Positions 1 through 19,072 are shown, counted from the stretch's first letter. The stretch is 64,000 nt of DNA from the human T2T-CHM13v2.0 reference genome, Homo sapiens (GCF_009914755.1 NC_060942.1); one strand, 5' to 3'. The notes: generated by a model from the letters alone, not told the origin. Made by a program: numbers and translations.

Positions 1-358
1 CCCCATAATGTAGTATCAGTGGGAGCCATGAGCTTGTTTTTCTGCAACTAGGTGGTCCCATGTGGGAGTGATGGGAGACAGTGACAGATCATCAGGCATT
101 AGACTGTCATAGGGAGTGTGCCACTGAGATCCCTTGCATGTGCAGTTCACTATAGGGTTCGTGCTCCTGAGAGAATCTAATGCCACCACTGATCTGACAG
201 GAGGCAGAGCTCAGGTGGTAATGCAGGCGATGCAGAGTGGCTGTAAATACCGATAAAGCTTTGCTTGCTTGCCTGCTGCTAACGTCTTGTTGTGTGGCCA
301 GGTTTCTAACAGATCATGGATCATTACTGGTCTGTGGCCCAGGCGTTGGGGACCGTGC
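1..358. mobile_element. MER1A-type hAT-Charlie DNA transposon relic (cut by window edge)
   Basis: Matches recalled MER1 text: 'cagatcatcaggcattaga', 'gagaatctaatgccaccactgatctgacaggaggcagagctcagg'; terminus 'ggcgttggggaccgtg'. Confidence 0.85.
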
Positions 359-547
359 TCTAGATTCTTGTGTGCCTGGACACATTTATCCTGTTGTTGA
401 TCACCACTTTCCGAGGTAGTTATCACATCAAAGACTTTGCATCCCTTTCTGCTAAGTCAGATTGTTGCTAGGCTACCTAAAAGAGGATCCCTTGGATTAT
501 CCAGAACACAGCAAGAAATAAAGCAAGCCAAAACATACCAATGATCA

Positions 548-549
<2 letters not shown>

Positions 550-588
<39 letters not shown>

Positions 589-590
589 TG
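550..590. repeat. (TG)n microsatellite
   Basis: About 18-20 TG units, directly visible. Confidence 0.97.
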
Positions 591-3189
591 TATATCCAAT
601 AATACTTACATTTAGCATTTTCCCATGCCATTGAAACTAGCAATGAATGAAATGAGCATTCAAGTCAAGATAGCAAGGGAAGTATATCTCTGATGAAGGG
701 AAAATTATATGGATAAAACATAAAGTGTTACATTAAAAGACAGAATATACAGACAGAATGGAAAAAGGCTTTAAAGATCATGATTTTTGCAACAAAGTTT
801 AATTGAGTACATATTAATTCATGACTACTCCATTGATTAACACTGTTGGAAGTTGGGTCATCTTGCATTTCGCAGATCCTGTGGTTTTCCTGTGCATGAT
901 GCATGCCCCTCAGGGAACGGGTATCTTGCAAAGAGACATTTAATCATGGATAGTCTTTAAATCCTCTACTTCAACATGTACTAGTTCCTGAAACTAATCT
1001 GCTAGAGAGATGATTGCAGTTATGGCCATTCTCCTCTCCCCTTCACAAACAGTCTTTTTTTCCAACTTACAAAAGAAAGGCTTACCTCTCACAAATCATA
1101 AATGTTAGTAGAGTGTAAAAACCTCTGGGAATCCAAACACATTTATAGTTCAAGAACTGGTGTCAGGAGAGCCTTATTGAATAAAGAAATGGCATTAATA
1201 AAAACTGTCTTATAAACATTCCTGTTAAAAGCAACTCACAGCATCAGACAATGAACATTTTAGTCCATTTAAATAATGTTCCAAGTTTACTCTGATTCTA
1301 GAACTGGGTGAAATGAGTGATAATATTTTATTTAGTGAAATTGCCTCTTCTATTCACATAGTTACTGGAAGACAAGTCCTGAGAGAACAAGCAAAGGAGA
1401 CATGCAGAGAAACCCTGCAGTCAGCCGTGCTGGCGTTCATATAAACTCACAGCCAGGCATCCAATTCACGTTCTACCTCAGAATTAGGGCATTCAGGAAT
1501 TGTAAAAACTATGTTGAGAAGTATCAGTCTGCCAAGAAGTTTTCCTCTCTGCAGCTCAGTAATGAGAAAAAGCTAGGAGAATATATTCGTTCAACCCATG
1601 ATTAAGTCTGTGTTGCAACTGCGTATTTTTCATGATTTAAAAGGAGGTGAAACTTCCAATAAGTTAATGTTGCAATTTTGAAAAATAAGGTATATGAGCC
1701 CGTTGTAAGTAATTATTTCATAGTTTCTAGAACAGTTATTCAAATGTTAGAAGGAAAATTCCCATTAACATTTACAAAAAATATATTGTATAGTGGAAAA
1801 TCTTACCCATTGATTTAGTTGGATCTAAGCCTTCTGCTCACTCTCTCTCATTAGTTACTTCTCTCCTGGTTATTTAATTACCATAATAAGTGCAACATTG
1901 TGGCCTGCATTCTAAATAAAGCATTTGTATGTTTATCTTTTGTAAGCTTCATTTATTAGATGCTCAACATATTTTTTTCCTCACGCTTTTAATTTTCAAT
2001 GAAGTCTTTCTAATTCTAGCAGTAAGCAATCTTTATTCACAATGTAAATGAACTAATTGAAAAGAATAAACATCTAATTGGGATGCAGTTTCAGTAAAAA
2101 TTTTCTTTTGCTTAATGATTATTTTTTAAGTATAAAATACTTTTGTGTTTACTTTTTCAATTCTATAATAATAATAGTAAGTCCAGAAAAGACTAGAAAA
2201 ATATTTCCCTTCTTATTAGAAGATTAGAAAGTTAGAACTTTATGGTCACAGGAGATAAATAAAATGCAATTCAAGTAATATGTTTTATTTTTATAGAGAG
2301 ATATGATGCAGTAGCAAACATAGAAAGAAAATACAAGTTCAAGGTATAAAAAGAAAAATGTTACTTTTTAACTATTAAAAATGACTGTTCACATATTTTT
2401 AAAATATCTGTTGTCTTAGTCTTTTCTTCTAGTACCTTCTAATCTCTCAATATCTAAATAGTGGTGTATCAAACATTTAACCCCTAGATTGCTTCACTCT
2501 GCAGTCTTCACAAATTCATTGTGGCCTCATCTAGTATAAATGTTAAAAATACCATAAAACATAAACATATGAACTTATGTCTGCAGCCTGAACCTCCTCT
2601 GTACTCCACATTTATTTACACAACTTGCTATGCAACAGGCATCCCAGTAACTTGGAAGTTTAACACATAAAACTTAACATGTCCCAAACTGGGTATACTA
2701 AACATCTTATCCTGCCCCAGATTTTCCCCCATTTTGCCCATAATATGAACTTAATTCTTCCAGGAACTCAAGCCAAAATACTTGGGGTAATCTTTGAGTT
2801 ATTTCTTTTTGTCACAGTCTAAATCCAAACTATTAGAATGCCTTATTGACTCTGCTTTGAAATATATTTAAATTTCAAACCTTTCCAACAACTTTTCCAC
2901 TATGACCATAGTCGTAGCTAGCACCCCGATTCAAGTAACACACAATTTTACTATATTGTAATTTGTCCTGATTGACCTCCTTGCATCTTCCTTACCTTCC
3001 TATAGTCTAGTTTCAGCAGAGTGGCCAAAGCAACCCTTTTACAATATAAGTTGACTTATGTTCCTCTGTTCTAGTCCTTTTAATGATATCTCCAAATATT
3101 TGAAGTGAAATCCCTTAAGGTAACCAACAAATATTGCAGATATTCTAAAATCTAATATAGAGTAATATTAAAATTAGAAAAATGAACTG

Positions 3190-3479
<290 letters not shown>

Positions 3480-3679
3480 AGAAAAATGAACTGGACCCTG
3501 TTTCTTTTCTGACCGCATCTCCTGCAACTCTCACTCTTATTCTCTCTTGTGATTCTTCTTTGTTATTCCTCAGTTGTGTCAGGAATGTTGCTCCCTCAGG
3601 GAATATGAACTTACCATTCCTACTGCTCCTAAATATTCCCATCTTCCAACCTCATTTCTTACTGGTCTGTGTTATTTGA

Positions 3680-4092
3680 CCAAAAGCCAAGGTTTTATAA
3701 CAAGGAGATCCTAAGTAAAATACGTTAAATGAAATAGGCATTTATATCTGCCTGTGTACATTCTTTCAGTCTAGGCTCATGTAGTGACTTTCCTCCACAT
3801 GGTTTTTGATGGCTCTGTCTTCCATTTTAATTATCTTCCTTCCCTTTGAGCACTGTTGCCATCTGCATGAATGGATATGAATAAAAAGAAAAGTCTAGGT
3901 CAAAGGTATTTCCTTTTAAATAAATTAGAGTTAAATTTTCACAGATTGCTTCTACGTATATTTCATTGCAAACAGTTGCATAGTGTTACCAGGGTAGTTA
4001 GAAAAGGTAGCCTATATTTGGACAACCATGTGTGCAGAAATGAGGGGAAAATGAGTACAGAGAGCAGGTAACCAAGGAGCTGCCTGCCACAG
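3680..4092 (-). mobile_element. Old MaLR LTR (MLT1J/K-like)
   Basis: Interrupts the L2 and ends '...gctgcctgccaca', resembling MLT1 termini; heavily diverged. Confidence 0.45.
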
Positions 4093-7000
4093 GATCTTCA
4101 TTTAAATGGTACCTTTGGGGTGAGGCTTTCTTTGACGATCCTATTTAAAATTAACACTTTTCCCTTACTCTTCCAATTTGTTTGTCATTGTCTGCTTACT
4201 CCCACAAGAATATAAGCTATGTGAAGGCAGTGATTTTGTGATTGCAGAATCTCCTATGTGTCCAAAATGAATGCAAATAGGTGATCAGAGTAGACAAATA
4301 ATTTTTCAATAAATTAGAAAAAAAATCAAAGTATTACCTCAAAAAAAGTTCAGTAGCCAAAAATTTTACACTGTTTTCTATTAATACCAGATCATACTTA
4401 TCTTAATGGAATTATGCTAGAGTTTCAAACATTTGAAATTTAATAAAGTAAAAAAATGCGTGGTTACAAACTTGAAGATAACACAACTTCTACCACAGGC
4501 TATTGAATGAATAAGAGGCACATAAGCACACTCCTAAAAAACTAAGAGGAGAGAACCACTTATTCAGTGGGAAGAAAGTACCTTGAATCCTCTTCACTTT
4601 GCCAGTAATGTGGGATGTGGGGTCCTGCTGAGGGTGAGAGGGCAATCTGACTGCAGAGTGAGGAGATGTATGAACCAGATTAAGTCTAAAAAAATGTGGA
4701 GAGGAGGACTCAGTAGATTTTCTGGCAGCATCAACTTTGAATATAGAACTTTGAATATAGATACATGATTCCTAGTATCTCCTCTGAAATATCAGAATTT
4801 GGATGATTCTTGTATCACTTTTGATTTGGCCCGATTGTACAAGCTAACGTACCACCTTCTGAAGAGGTGAGCAGCTTGTGAATTCATGCCAGATGAATGT
4901 GATTAATTACAAACTGGTTCAAGGGCAAGAGTGTGGGTACAAACTTAACATACAATTCAGAGCACTTACCCATGCTCATTTATGAGCATTTTCTGTTATA
5001 GTTAGAATTCTGGTATTAGCCTCATTTTTAATAATACAGGATTTTTTTTGGTCAGATAATTTAACATACTTGTCTTAAAAAGGCAAATTTTACCATTTAA
5101 CTGTGTAACGTTTTAAGTACAAAAGTAACTATTAATAATTAAATAACTTTAATCAATATTATAATCAGAACAAAATGAATGAATTATAAACTTAGAATGG
5201 CAGAAGCAAATCTACAACAATATCCATACTTTTTCATATAGGAGTAATTGTTTTTAATATCTAAAATCTTAAATGATTTTGACCCTTCCCTAACCCTTTC
5301 ACTATTTTTTTAAAAAATAATGATTTTCCAGCTATTACTTTCTTTCTTCAGTTTAGCACTATGAATGGGATTATAAATACAGTGCTATGGTAAAATAATG
5401 AATAAAACATGAAACATCAAAGAATAGTTTTTGTAGCCCATTTGACAGTTATACACAATTCCATTTTAGCTGGGCAATGCTGCTGGGAAATACTTTAGGA
5501 TATTTCCACAAATCAGATGTTTAAGCTAAAAGGAACAAAATAAAAATATGAAATAAAGATGGTGATGATAACAATGTTAATCATCATCATTATTTCCCAG
5601 TAAGCATTTGAAATAATTTTAAATCTAATATGTCCCCTCCCTCATGTTTGTATGCATCATACACAGAAGCCTGCATGCAATGAAGATAGAAAACACATAC
5701 TGTGCAAGGAAGTCCAGTCTAGCTTAATGTTTCTAAAATTTGGCTATGAGTGCAAATCTTGTAGGGAAGTTTTCTTTGTTACATATTTTAATATTGGCTC
5801 CAGAGCCCTCTTTCAGATATTTTGAGTCAGTGAGCTTAAGAAGGAGCTGGGAAATAAATATCTATAAAAACTGCTGAGAAGACTCAAAGTTGGATAGTCA
5901 GTTTTGGAAACCACTAACTTAGGACCACCTCTTCTGTAGTCTTCAACTAAATCTCCTGTAAGTGTTTTATTCTGAACATAAATAAAAGCATGATCAATCA
6001 CGCAGAATTATTTGAATATAAACAACATGTAATGTGAGTCCATGACCTCAACTCTAGGACTTAAAGTCACTAACTTGTACAAGAACTACTTTTATTGTGA
6101 TACAATACTACCACATATGACATACAATACCGCTACTACAAAAATACTACATTATTTGATTAGTTGTATTGATGGTTACTGCTTGCTGACTCAAGAACTG
6201 TCCAAATTACTTCAGATCCTACAAATCACCTGCCATCCCATACATCTTTCCCTGATTGCTGCTGATCTAAATCATACAGTAAGATGTCAAGGGAGTCAAC
6301 ATGTGCCCTATTTAGAATTTCTCATCGGTGTAGAATATTTTCTCAGTGGCAGTTGATAGTCACAACTCCAGATAACTGTTTTGTGTTTTATGCTGATACG
6401 TAAATCAGCATTTTAATAGTGGCATAAAATTTATATTATTTTGAAGCATTCAGTATTTTGACAATATCTAGGTGATTCTGGAAATGGAAACATGTATTTA
6501 TTTTAATCATATCAGAAAAAAGGCAGTCAAATATCTTCTGCATCATACTGAAAACAAAGAAATTATTAAAGGTTTCTTCTTTAAATACATTTTACCATTT
6601 TGAAAACTTAATTAATCTTCTTCTCTATGTGTTTTACCTCAAAATTCTTTCAATATTTTCATTAATAGTTTATGCATACAGTTTGGGTTTTTTTTAAATA
6701 CATACATTATCTTGTACATATGTAACTTATACATACATTGTCCAGCTTTTGCATATTAATTCTAAGAATCATATAGACTGGCCCACAAAATATTTAAAAT
6801 ATCTTTACAGATTCAATATATTTTAACAAAATCTTTTATGTTTGTTATTCAGAGTATGTATGCATATGCTAATGTCATTAGAGCAAGCCTTGATTGAAAA
6901 TGTACTTGCTGTTTAGTTAGTGGAATAAAAATCCCAAGACATCTGATTTTACTATTGTGAAATTAGAAACAAGGAGTATTGATTTCATTTCAACACATTT

Positions 7001-8499
7001 AAATAAGCCTTACTTACTTTTATAAAATGCCACCCACTAAACTATTGTCAGGCAGCGAACTGTTCTGGAAGAAGAAAACAATACATACATACATATACAT
7101 ATATATGTGTGTGTGTGTGTGTATACTTAGATAAAATATTTTTCTTTCTTAAATTTATTTTATTCCTGTACAGAATTTTTTTTTTTTTTTACTTTTGTAA
7201 GTTGCCAGTGTTTCTTGAAAACAGCATATGTTTAGATCCTGATTGTTATCCATTCCACCAATCTACCTCTTTAACCAGAGCATTTAATCCATTTACATTC
7301 AAAGTTAATATTGATTTGTGAGGTTCTTTTCTTGTCATAATGTTGTTACCTAGTTGCTTTGTAGTTTCAATTGTGTAATTGTTTAATGAGTCCTGTGAAT
7401 TTCATACTTTTTTGTGTTTATATGATGATTAGTACTGACCTTTTATTTTCATATTTAGAGTTCCCTTGAGCATTTCTACTAGTTCAGGTCTCATGATGAT
7501 GAATTCCTTTAGTGTTTGCTTATCTAGAAAATACTTTATTTCTCCTTCATTTATGATGCTTAGTTAAACTGTATACAAAATTCTGCATTGAGAGTTTTTC
7601 TTTAAGATTCTGAAAATAGGACCACCATCACTTCTGGCTGGTAAGGATACTGCTTAGTAGTCCTCTGTTAGTTTAATGTGATTTTCTTTATAGATGATTA
7701 GACATTTTGGCTGATTTTGGAATTTTTTACTTGAGGGTGACTTAATTAGTCTAATGACAAGAATCTTAGTGACGATTCTTCTTGCAAGGTATCTTCCTTG
7801 AGTTCTCTGACTCTCTTGTTTCTTTAAGTCTAAATCTCTAGAAAGCCTAGGAAAGTGTTCCTCAATTATCTTCTCAAATAGATTTTTTCTAACTTTTTAC
7901 TCATTTTTCTCCCTTAGGAATACATACAACTTGCAGGTTTGTATGTTTTAAATATTCCCATAATCCTCAAAGGCTTTGTTCATTTTTTAAAAATTTATCT
8001 AACTGGTCAGACACTTATAGACTAAAGGCTAAGTGGTGTAAAAGATATTCCACTTAAACAGAAACAGTGAACAGGAGTAGCTATACTTCTATCAGAAAAA
8101 AAAAACGGCTTTGAAATAATGATAGTAAAAAAAAGATAAAGAAGTTCATTATATAATGATAAACAGATAAATTCAAAAAGAAAATATAACAGCCCTCAAT
8201 ATATGTTCACTCAACACGAAAGCACCTAGATTCATAAAACAAATACTGCTAGAATTAAGATAAAGAGATAAACAGCAAAACAATAATAGTAGGGGACTTC
8301 AACATCCCACTCCCAGCACTAGACAGATCATTGAGACAGAAAGTGAACGTAGAAACACTATACTTAAGTTGAACTCTAGAGCAAATGGACTTAACAGACA
8401 TTGACAGAACATTCTACCCAACTACCACAGAATATGCATTTGTCTCATCAGTGAATGAAGCATTTTCTAAGATAGACAATATTTTAGGCCACAAAATAA

Positions 8500-8817
<318 letters not shown>

Positions 8818-11692
8818 TAAATTAAAAAAAAAAATCAAATCATGTAAAGTATCTTCTAGGACCACAGTAGGATAAAAATAAAAATAAATTCCAAGATGAA
8901 GTAAGAAACTATAAAAATTTACAGAAATGATATAATCTACTCCTGAATGATCCTTGGGTTAATGGCAAAATTAAAATGGAAACTAAAAAAATTATATTTT
9001 ATAATTTTATATTTTAATGTAATTTTATGTTTTTTTATAATTTTGTTCATTTTTGAAATGAATAAAAATAGAGACACAGCACCAGTCCTCTGAGATATAG
9101 TAAAAGCAGTGCTGAGAGGGAAGTTAATAGCATTAAATGCCTATGTCAAAAAGATAGATGTAAAATTGACAACCTAATGTCACATCCCAAGGAACTTGAA
9201 AAATAAGAACAAACCAAACACAAAGCTAGCAGAAGAAAAGAAATAACAAAGATCAGAGCAAAACTAAATACATTTGTGACTAAGAAAATGATACAAAGAA
9301 CCAATGAAATGAAAAGTTGGTCATTTGAAAAGATCAACAAAACTGATAGACCACTAGCTAGATTAACCAAGAAAAGATTCAAATAAGCCCAGAAATTAAA
9401 AGCAAACATTACAATTGACACGACAGAAATACGAAAGATTAGCAGAGACTTCTATGAATCTCTATACTCACAAACTAGAAAACCTAGAGGAAGTGTATAA
9501 ATTTCTGGAGCCATACAACCTCCCAAGATTTAATCAGGAGGAAATAGAAATTCTTAACAGACTAATAACAAGTAGTCAGATTTAATCAGTAATAATAATG
9601 AAAAAAAAAAATCCCTCCAAAAAGCAACCCAGAACATGCAGGATTCAGAGTCAAATTCTACCAGCTGTATAAAGACAAACTGGTACCAATGCTACTGAAA
9701 CTAATCCAAAAAGTTGAGGAGAAATAAATCTTCCTAACTCATCCTATGAAGTCAGCATCAATCTCATACCAAAGCCAGGCAAAGACATAACAAAAAAAGG
9801 AAACAAATATTCTCAACAAAATACTAACAAACCAAACCCAATAACAGCACATCAAAAGATAATATGCCATGATTAAGCAGGTTTTATTTCAGGGATTCAA
9901 GGATTGCTTAACATACACAAATCAATAAATGTGATTTACCACATAAACACAATTAAAAATGAAAACGTTATGATCCTCTCAATAGATGCAGAAAAAGCAT
10001 TTGACAAAATTTAACAACTCTTTATGATAAAAATTCTCAACAAATTAGACATAGGAGAAGAAACATATCCTAAGGTCGTAAAAGTTGTATCTGACAAACT
10101 CACAGCCAACATCACACTGAATGGGGAATAGTTGAAAGTATTACCCCTGAGAACTGGAACAAGACAATGATTCCCACTTTCAACACTCCTATTCAATGTA
10201 GTACTGGAAGTCCTCTCCAGAACAATCTAGCAAGAGAAAGAAATAAAAGCCATCCAAATTGGGAGAGAGGAAGTCAAATTATTGTTGTTTCCTTATATGC
10301 TCTTATACCTAGAAAACCCTAAAGATTCCTCAGAAGTCTCCTATATTTGATAAGTGAATTTAGTAAAATTTTGGCATACAAAAATCAATGTACAAAAATC
10401 AGTAGCATTTGATCAATAATGATCAAGATGAGAATCAGATCAAGAACTGAATCCCATTTACAATAGCTACCAAAACAAAACAATACAAAACCCTAGGAAC
10501 ACATTTAACCAAGGAGTTGAGAGATCTCTGCAAGGAATGCTATAACCCCCATACTCATAGATTGGAAGAATTAGCATCATTACAATACCATACTGCCCAA
10601 AGCAATGTAAAGATTCAATTCAGTTTCTATGAAAATACAAATGTCATATTTTTTTACATAACTAGAAAAACAATCCTAAAATACACATGGAACAAAAACA
10701 GAAAAAGCACAAATAGCCAAAGCAATTCTAAGCAAAGAGAACAAAGCTGGAGACATCACATTACCGAACTTCAAATTATGCTACAAGGTGATAGTAACCA
10801 AAACTGCATGGTAATGGTATAAAAATAGACATATATATAAATGGATATCAACAGATAATCCAGAAATAAAGTCACATACCTACAACCAACTGATCTCCAA
10901 AAAAGTTGACCAAAAAAAAAAAAAAAAAAAAAAAAAAACAACATAAGGAAAGGGCACTCTATTGAATAAATAGTGCTGGGAAAATTGGATGGCTCTATTC
11001 AGAAGAATAAAATTGGACCCATATCTCTCACCATATACCAAAATTTACGCAAGATAGATTAAAGTCTTAAATGTAAGTCCTAAAACTATAAAAACTCATA
11101 GAAAAAAAAAAAACTAAGAAAAACTCTTCTGTACATTGGCCTTAGTAAAGAATTTATGATTAAGAATACAAAAGCAAATGCAACAGCAATAAAAAAAAAT
11201 AGGCAAATCAGACTTTGTTAAATTAGAAACTTCTGCACAGCAAAAGAAATAACCAACAGAGTAAACAGACAATCAACATTGCAAACTATGCATTTGGCAA
11301 AGGACTAATAGAATCTTCAAGGAACTTAACTCAATGAGAGAAAAAAATAACCCTATTAAAAAGTGGGCAAAGGACATGAACGCTTTTCAAAAGGAGACAT
11401 ACAAGCAGCCAACAAACATAAAAAAATTGCTAAACATCACTAATCATAGAGAAATGCAAATTAAAACCACAATGAGATACAGTCTTACAACACTCAGAAT
11501 GGAAAAGTCAAAAACAACACATGTTGAGAATACAAAAAGACAAAAAAAGAATGCTTATACTGTTGGTGGAAATGTACATTACTACAATCTCTATGGAAAG
11601 CAGTATGGAGATTTCTCAAATAATTGAGAATAGAACTACCATTCAAACCAGTAATTCCACTAGTGGGTATCCATCCAAAGGAAAAGAAAGCA

Positions 11693-12020
11693 TTATCTAT
11701 ATCTATATCTATATCTATTTTATATATAAATATATATTATTGTATATTATATATATTTTATATATATTATATGTATTTTATATATATATAGTGCACTCAT
11801 ATGTTTATTGCAGCATTGTTTGCAATAGCAGAGATATGGAATCAACTCAAGTGTTCATCATGACTGAATAAAGAAAATGTGGGGTGTGTGTCTGTGTGTG
11901 TGTGTGTGTCCATATGTGTGTATATACATATATATACACACACATATATATACACACACATATATATACATATATACACATATATACATATATGTGTATA
12001 TTATATATATATACACACAC
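11693..12020. repeat. (TA)n/(TG)n/(CA)n low-complexity expansions inside the L1PB 3' region
   Basis: Two dinucleotide-rich blocks, ~11693-11790 and ~11885-12020. Confidence 0.9.
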
Positions 12021-12581
12021 TTCTTAGCCATTAGAAAAGAATGAAATCATGTATTTTGCAGCAATATGGGTAGAAGTGGAGGACATTATATTCAGTAAAT
12101 TAACTCACAAACAGAATGTCATATACCACATAGTCTCACTTATAAGTGGGAGTTAATTAATTTGTATATATGGACATAGACAGTGAAATAATAGACACTG
12201 GAATCTCAGAAAGGTGAGTGGGGGGAAGGAGGGTGAGGGATGAGAAATTACCCAATGAATATGATGTATACTATTCGGGTGATGGTTCTACTAAAAGCTC
12301 AGACTTCAGCACTACACAGTATATTCATGTTAGAAACCTGTACTTGTATCTCCTTCAATTTGTAAAAATTTTTTTTAAAAGTACTAATGTTATGAAGTCT
12401 GCATGTTTTATCAGAAAATACAGCAATAAAAATAGAAAGTTGGTCTGTATTCATTGTCTCCAACAACCCTTTGCTCCAAATTGTAATTTTGAAAAATTTA
12501 TAAGCTATGAAGATTGAAGAAATGTAAACATGTATAAATTGATAAAAGAAAATTTGATTTTACTGAGAGTACTAAGGGATA

Positions 12582-12881
<300 letters not shown>

Positions 12882-12894
12882 AGGATATTCCATT

Positions 12895-13085
12895 TTAAAA
12901 AATGAACTTTATTGTATACAGTTAAGGCATAAAGCATTATTTATAAGATTCATAAAAATAGTAAAATGGTTACTGTAGTGAAACAAGTTAACATGTCCAT
13001 GATCCCGCATAGTTAACCATTTTCCCAAACCATTGTCAAGATCAGCCATAATCTACTCATTTAGCAAAAATCCTGAATATAAGAC
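12895..13085 (-). mobile_element. L1MA (MA8/9-like) 3' fragment
   Basis: 'ttattgtatacagttaaggcata...aaatggttactgtagtgaaacaagttaacatgtccat...catagtta' resembles an antisense L1MA 3' end. Confidence 0.6.
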
Positions 13086-14101
13086 AGAGATGATTTTTAA
13101 GATATTGGGATTTAATAGAGTTTCACAGATAATTCTTATTTAATCTTATATTGGTTTTGATTTGCACACTGATTTTAGAATCATTCTCAAGCCAGAGGTC
13201 TCCATTTTCCTTTATAAATTAGCTAGAACTAATAGACAATTCAGTCTAACTGCACTTTTTTTTGGAAAAAAAATATAAAAAATACTTTGGGAAATTTTCT
13301 AAATGACTAAATTGTACTCTGTGAAATTATTAGACAATTGAGAACTGAAATTTTCTCACTGTTTCACAGTTAAATTACTATATTACTCTATTCTATGTTA
13401 GGATCTAGTTTTTTGTAACATTGCATGGCTCATAGATAAACAACTTACGAGCAATCTTCTTAGAAAAAAGAATCTCTAAGAAGACAACTGCTCAATTGCA
13501 GTTTGTCTAGTAAATATCAGAGTTTTGAGGAGACATTCATGTCTGTAGAAATTTGTATAATTCCTGCATATGATTTATTTGCATCATGATGAATATTATC
13601 TCACATAACTTCAAAGTAAAAACACTGTGAAGTGACTAACTTCCACTGTAATTTCAATTAGTATTGATTAATATTCATATTCAAAACTTAATTTTCTTCA
13701 AAGTTACTGCCCTAGTTTAAGTGATTTTTATATGGGAATTAATTAAATTTAGACACTAACAGTTAAGGGGCTATGGAGTTTTCAAAATTCTAACTAGATA
13801 TACTTTACTGCCCTAAATTATTGGGTTTGTGTGAGCCACGTATACCTCTTTACTTTTTTCTTATTAAAAATAATAAATTTTATTATGGAAAATTTCAAAT
13901 GTATGCAAAATTAAAGCTAATTTTATCATAAAACCTTATGTACCCAAAACCATCTTAAGTAATTATCAACTCTTGACAATTTAATCAATTCTTCTGCCAA
14001 AAGCTTCTCCCATCTTTTTGATATATTTTGAGGTAAGACCACACATGTAATATTTTATTCTCAAGTAATTCACTATGTATATTTTAAAATATACTTATTT
14101 T

Positions 14102-14366
<265 letters not shown>

Positions 14367-14496
14367 TTACCTAACCATATATATCACATAAAACTAACAT
14401 TAATTCCTTAATGACAACATCCAGTAAATGCTGAAATTTCTTTGATTGAATTAGGATGTAAATTAGACATTCCAATTGGTTGATTTATCAAATTGC

Positions 14497-14890
14497 TATT
14501 GACCCCGCCAGATCACCCACAACTTCTTCAGAGGGTACCCAAAATATCTAAATCCCTTCCCCTTAGTCTTAGGGGACTTTCTCTTGTCACTGTGGTCCTT
14601 TACGCTGCCCATTTGGCCAGACCAATATTCCAGGAAATTAGAGCCCTTCCAAGAATTGTTTGGAAATTTAGTAGATTATCTCTGAGACACTTTTTTATCT
14701 GACTCTTAAGAGTTTCCCAGTGAAATTTATCTCCATTCTTACAACGTAACAAAGAGTTTTAAAACCACATTATTAACTTTCTCTCCTTTTTATCTCCCCT
14801 CTAAGTTTTTCTAGCTTTACCTCCCAAATAAACCACCTGCACTAGAATCCTAATATCAGAATGTGCTTTTGGGGAAATCCAACTAAGACA
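14497..14890 (+). mobile_element. ERVL-class solo LTR (LTR16-like)
   Basis: 3' end 'cccaaataaaccacctgcact...tgcttttggggaaatccaactaagaca' typical of ERVL LTRs. Confidence 0.55.
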
Positions 14891-16116
14891 GTTGATTTTC
14901 AGAGCTCTTTTTATGTATATTTGTAAATTTGTATTTTTCAATCAGGGAATAAAATCTGTGTAGTAAAAATTCTAAAGGATCGCTGACCTTAGGCATACTT
15001 TCACACGTTATACCAATTTACAGCAATATAAAGATAGTTTCTAGCACCCCATAAATTTTGGAAGAATCTCAGCTATTGTCAGGTCAAATATTGACTGTGT
15101 CTCATTCTCTCTTTCCTTCCCTTGTGAGGCTCCAGTTACATGAATTTTCAATTGTGTAACGGTTTCCCATGTCTATATTTTCCTTTTCTGTTTTTAAAAA
15201 AATTACTATTTTTTTACTTAAGGTCAATATACCATTACATATTTTCCTTTATCCTATTTTATTTGGGGTGGTGGGCAGGTAATCTATCAGTTCTACCTTC
15301 TACAAACAACATTGAACTTATCTAATAATAAATTTTGCATACATTCCCCTTTCCATTACCCAGATTCTAATTTAAAGTAATTGCCTCTTTTCCCTAGCTA
15401 ATGCCACTTATATCATTAAGCACTATTTAATTTTACATATTCTACTTCATCTCTTTCCATTATTTTGATAGTTCTACTGCATCTACAATATCAAAACATG
15501 ACTTTTACACACTCTACTCTTTTTCATAGATGTAATTGTCCCTTAATTTTACAGGTAAATATATATTCAGCGATCATCATATCCATTATAGGTCTCTCTA
15601 GCTATTTTGAATGTCTGGAACTCACTTTCGGCTATAATACCGAAGAAACTGAGAAGAATCTTATTTTCCATGCTCTTGAATATTTATAATATTTGTTGTC
15701 TAGCCTTTACAATTAAAAGTAAGTTTGTCAGGATATGTAATCGTTGGCTTACTCTTTTTTCCTTAAATGTGTTAAATATGTGTCTTTGCTATTTTCTGGT
15801 GTAAATCATTGCTGTTGAACATTAATGACAATATGATTTTCTTCCCTTCATGAGTGAATTGTACATTTTGCTTTGATGTTTAAAGATTTCCCAAGCCCCT
15901 TTAACATTAAATGGTTTCACTTGACTATGTCATAGTGTTGGCTATATTTGACTAAATTTTCAGTGATGTGGTATGGCCTTTCAATCCCTAGGTACGAGTC
16001 TTCATTGATTCCAAATATTTTTTGAATAATTATTTGTAAATGTTGCTGTGCACCATCTTTCCAGGGAGATCTATTTCCTATATTTTATACCTATAAATAT
16101 ATCAGAGTTCATATAT

Positions 16117-18529
<2,413 letters not shown>

Positions 18530-19072
18530 TTACATTATAATTGATACATAAAAATGATTTGGCAAAGTTTAACCACTATTTATAATTTTAAAAAATGCTC
18601 AGGAAACATAGGAATAGAAAGGAACTCTCTCAACTTGAGAAAGTTTTCTATAAACAAAAATGTTTTTAATGAGTTACATTCACTTATTTTTATTTTTGAA
18701 ATAAGCATGTTGTCTAAAATTCTGTCTACATATTTTCCGTTTTCTATTCAAATATTTTAATGTAAACATCTTATGAATTGTTCTACTTCCATTCTATGCT
18801 TTTTCTTTCATTTTCTTCATTTTTTACTTAATTTTAGATATTAATGTAAAAATTTTGTCTGTTTTTTGGCATGTCATTCTAGTAGAAACATTAATCTGTT
18901 TATTTTTAATATAAAATTTTGTATAAGATTTAACTACAGTCTTTTTTCTCTTGTTCTAATTTAAATTAGTTAAGTTTTCTGTATTATAAGGAGAGGAGAG
19001 TGGGCCAGAAAATATTCTCTAGCTACAGTAATTTGGTGTCCTTTTTTTGATTGTTTACTAAATTGATTGAAC

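Noticed and set aside
4970-4992. 8-bp hairpin atgctcat-tt-atgagcat in a 23-nt exon-like segment
   Set aside because: Too short to exceed chance; the length is not frame-preserving.
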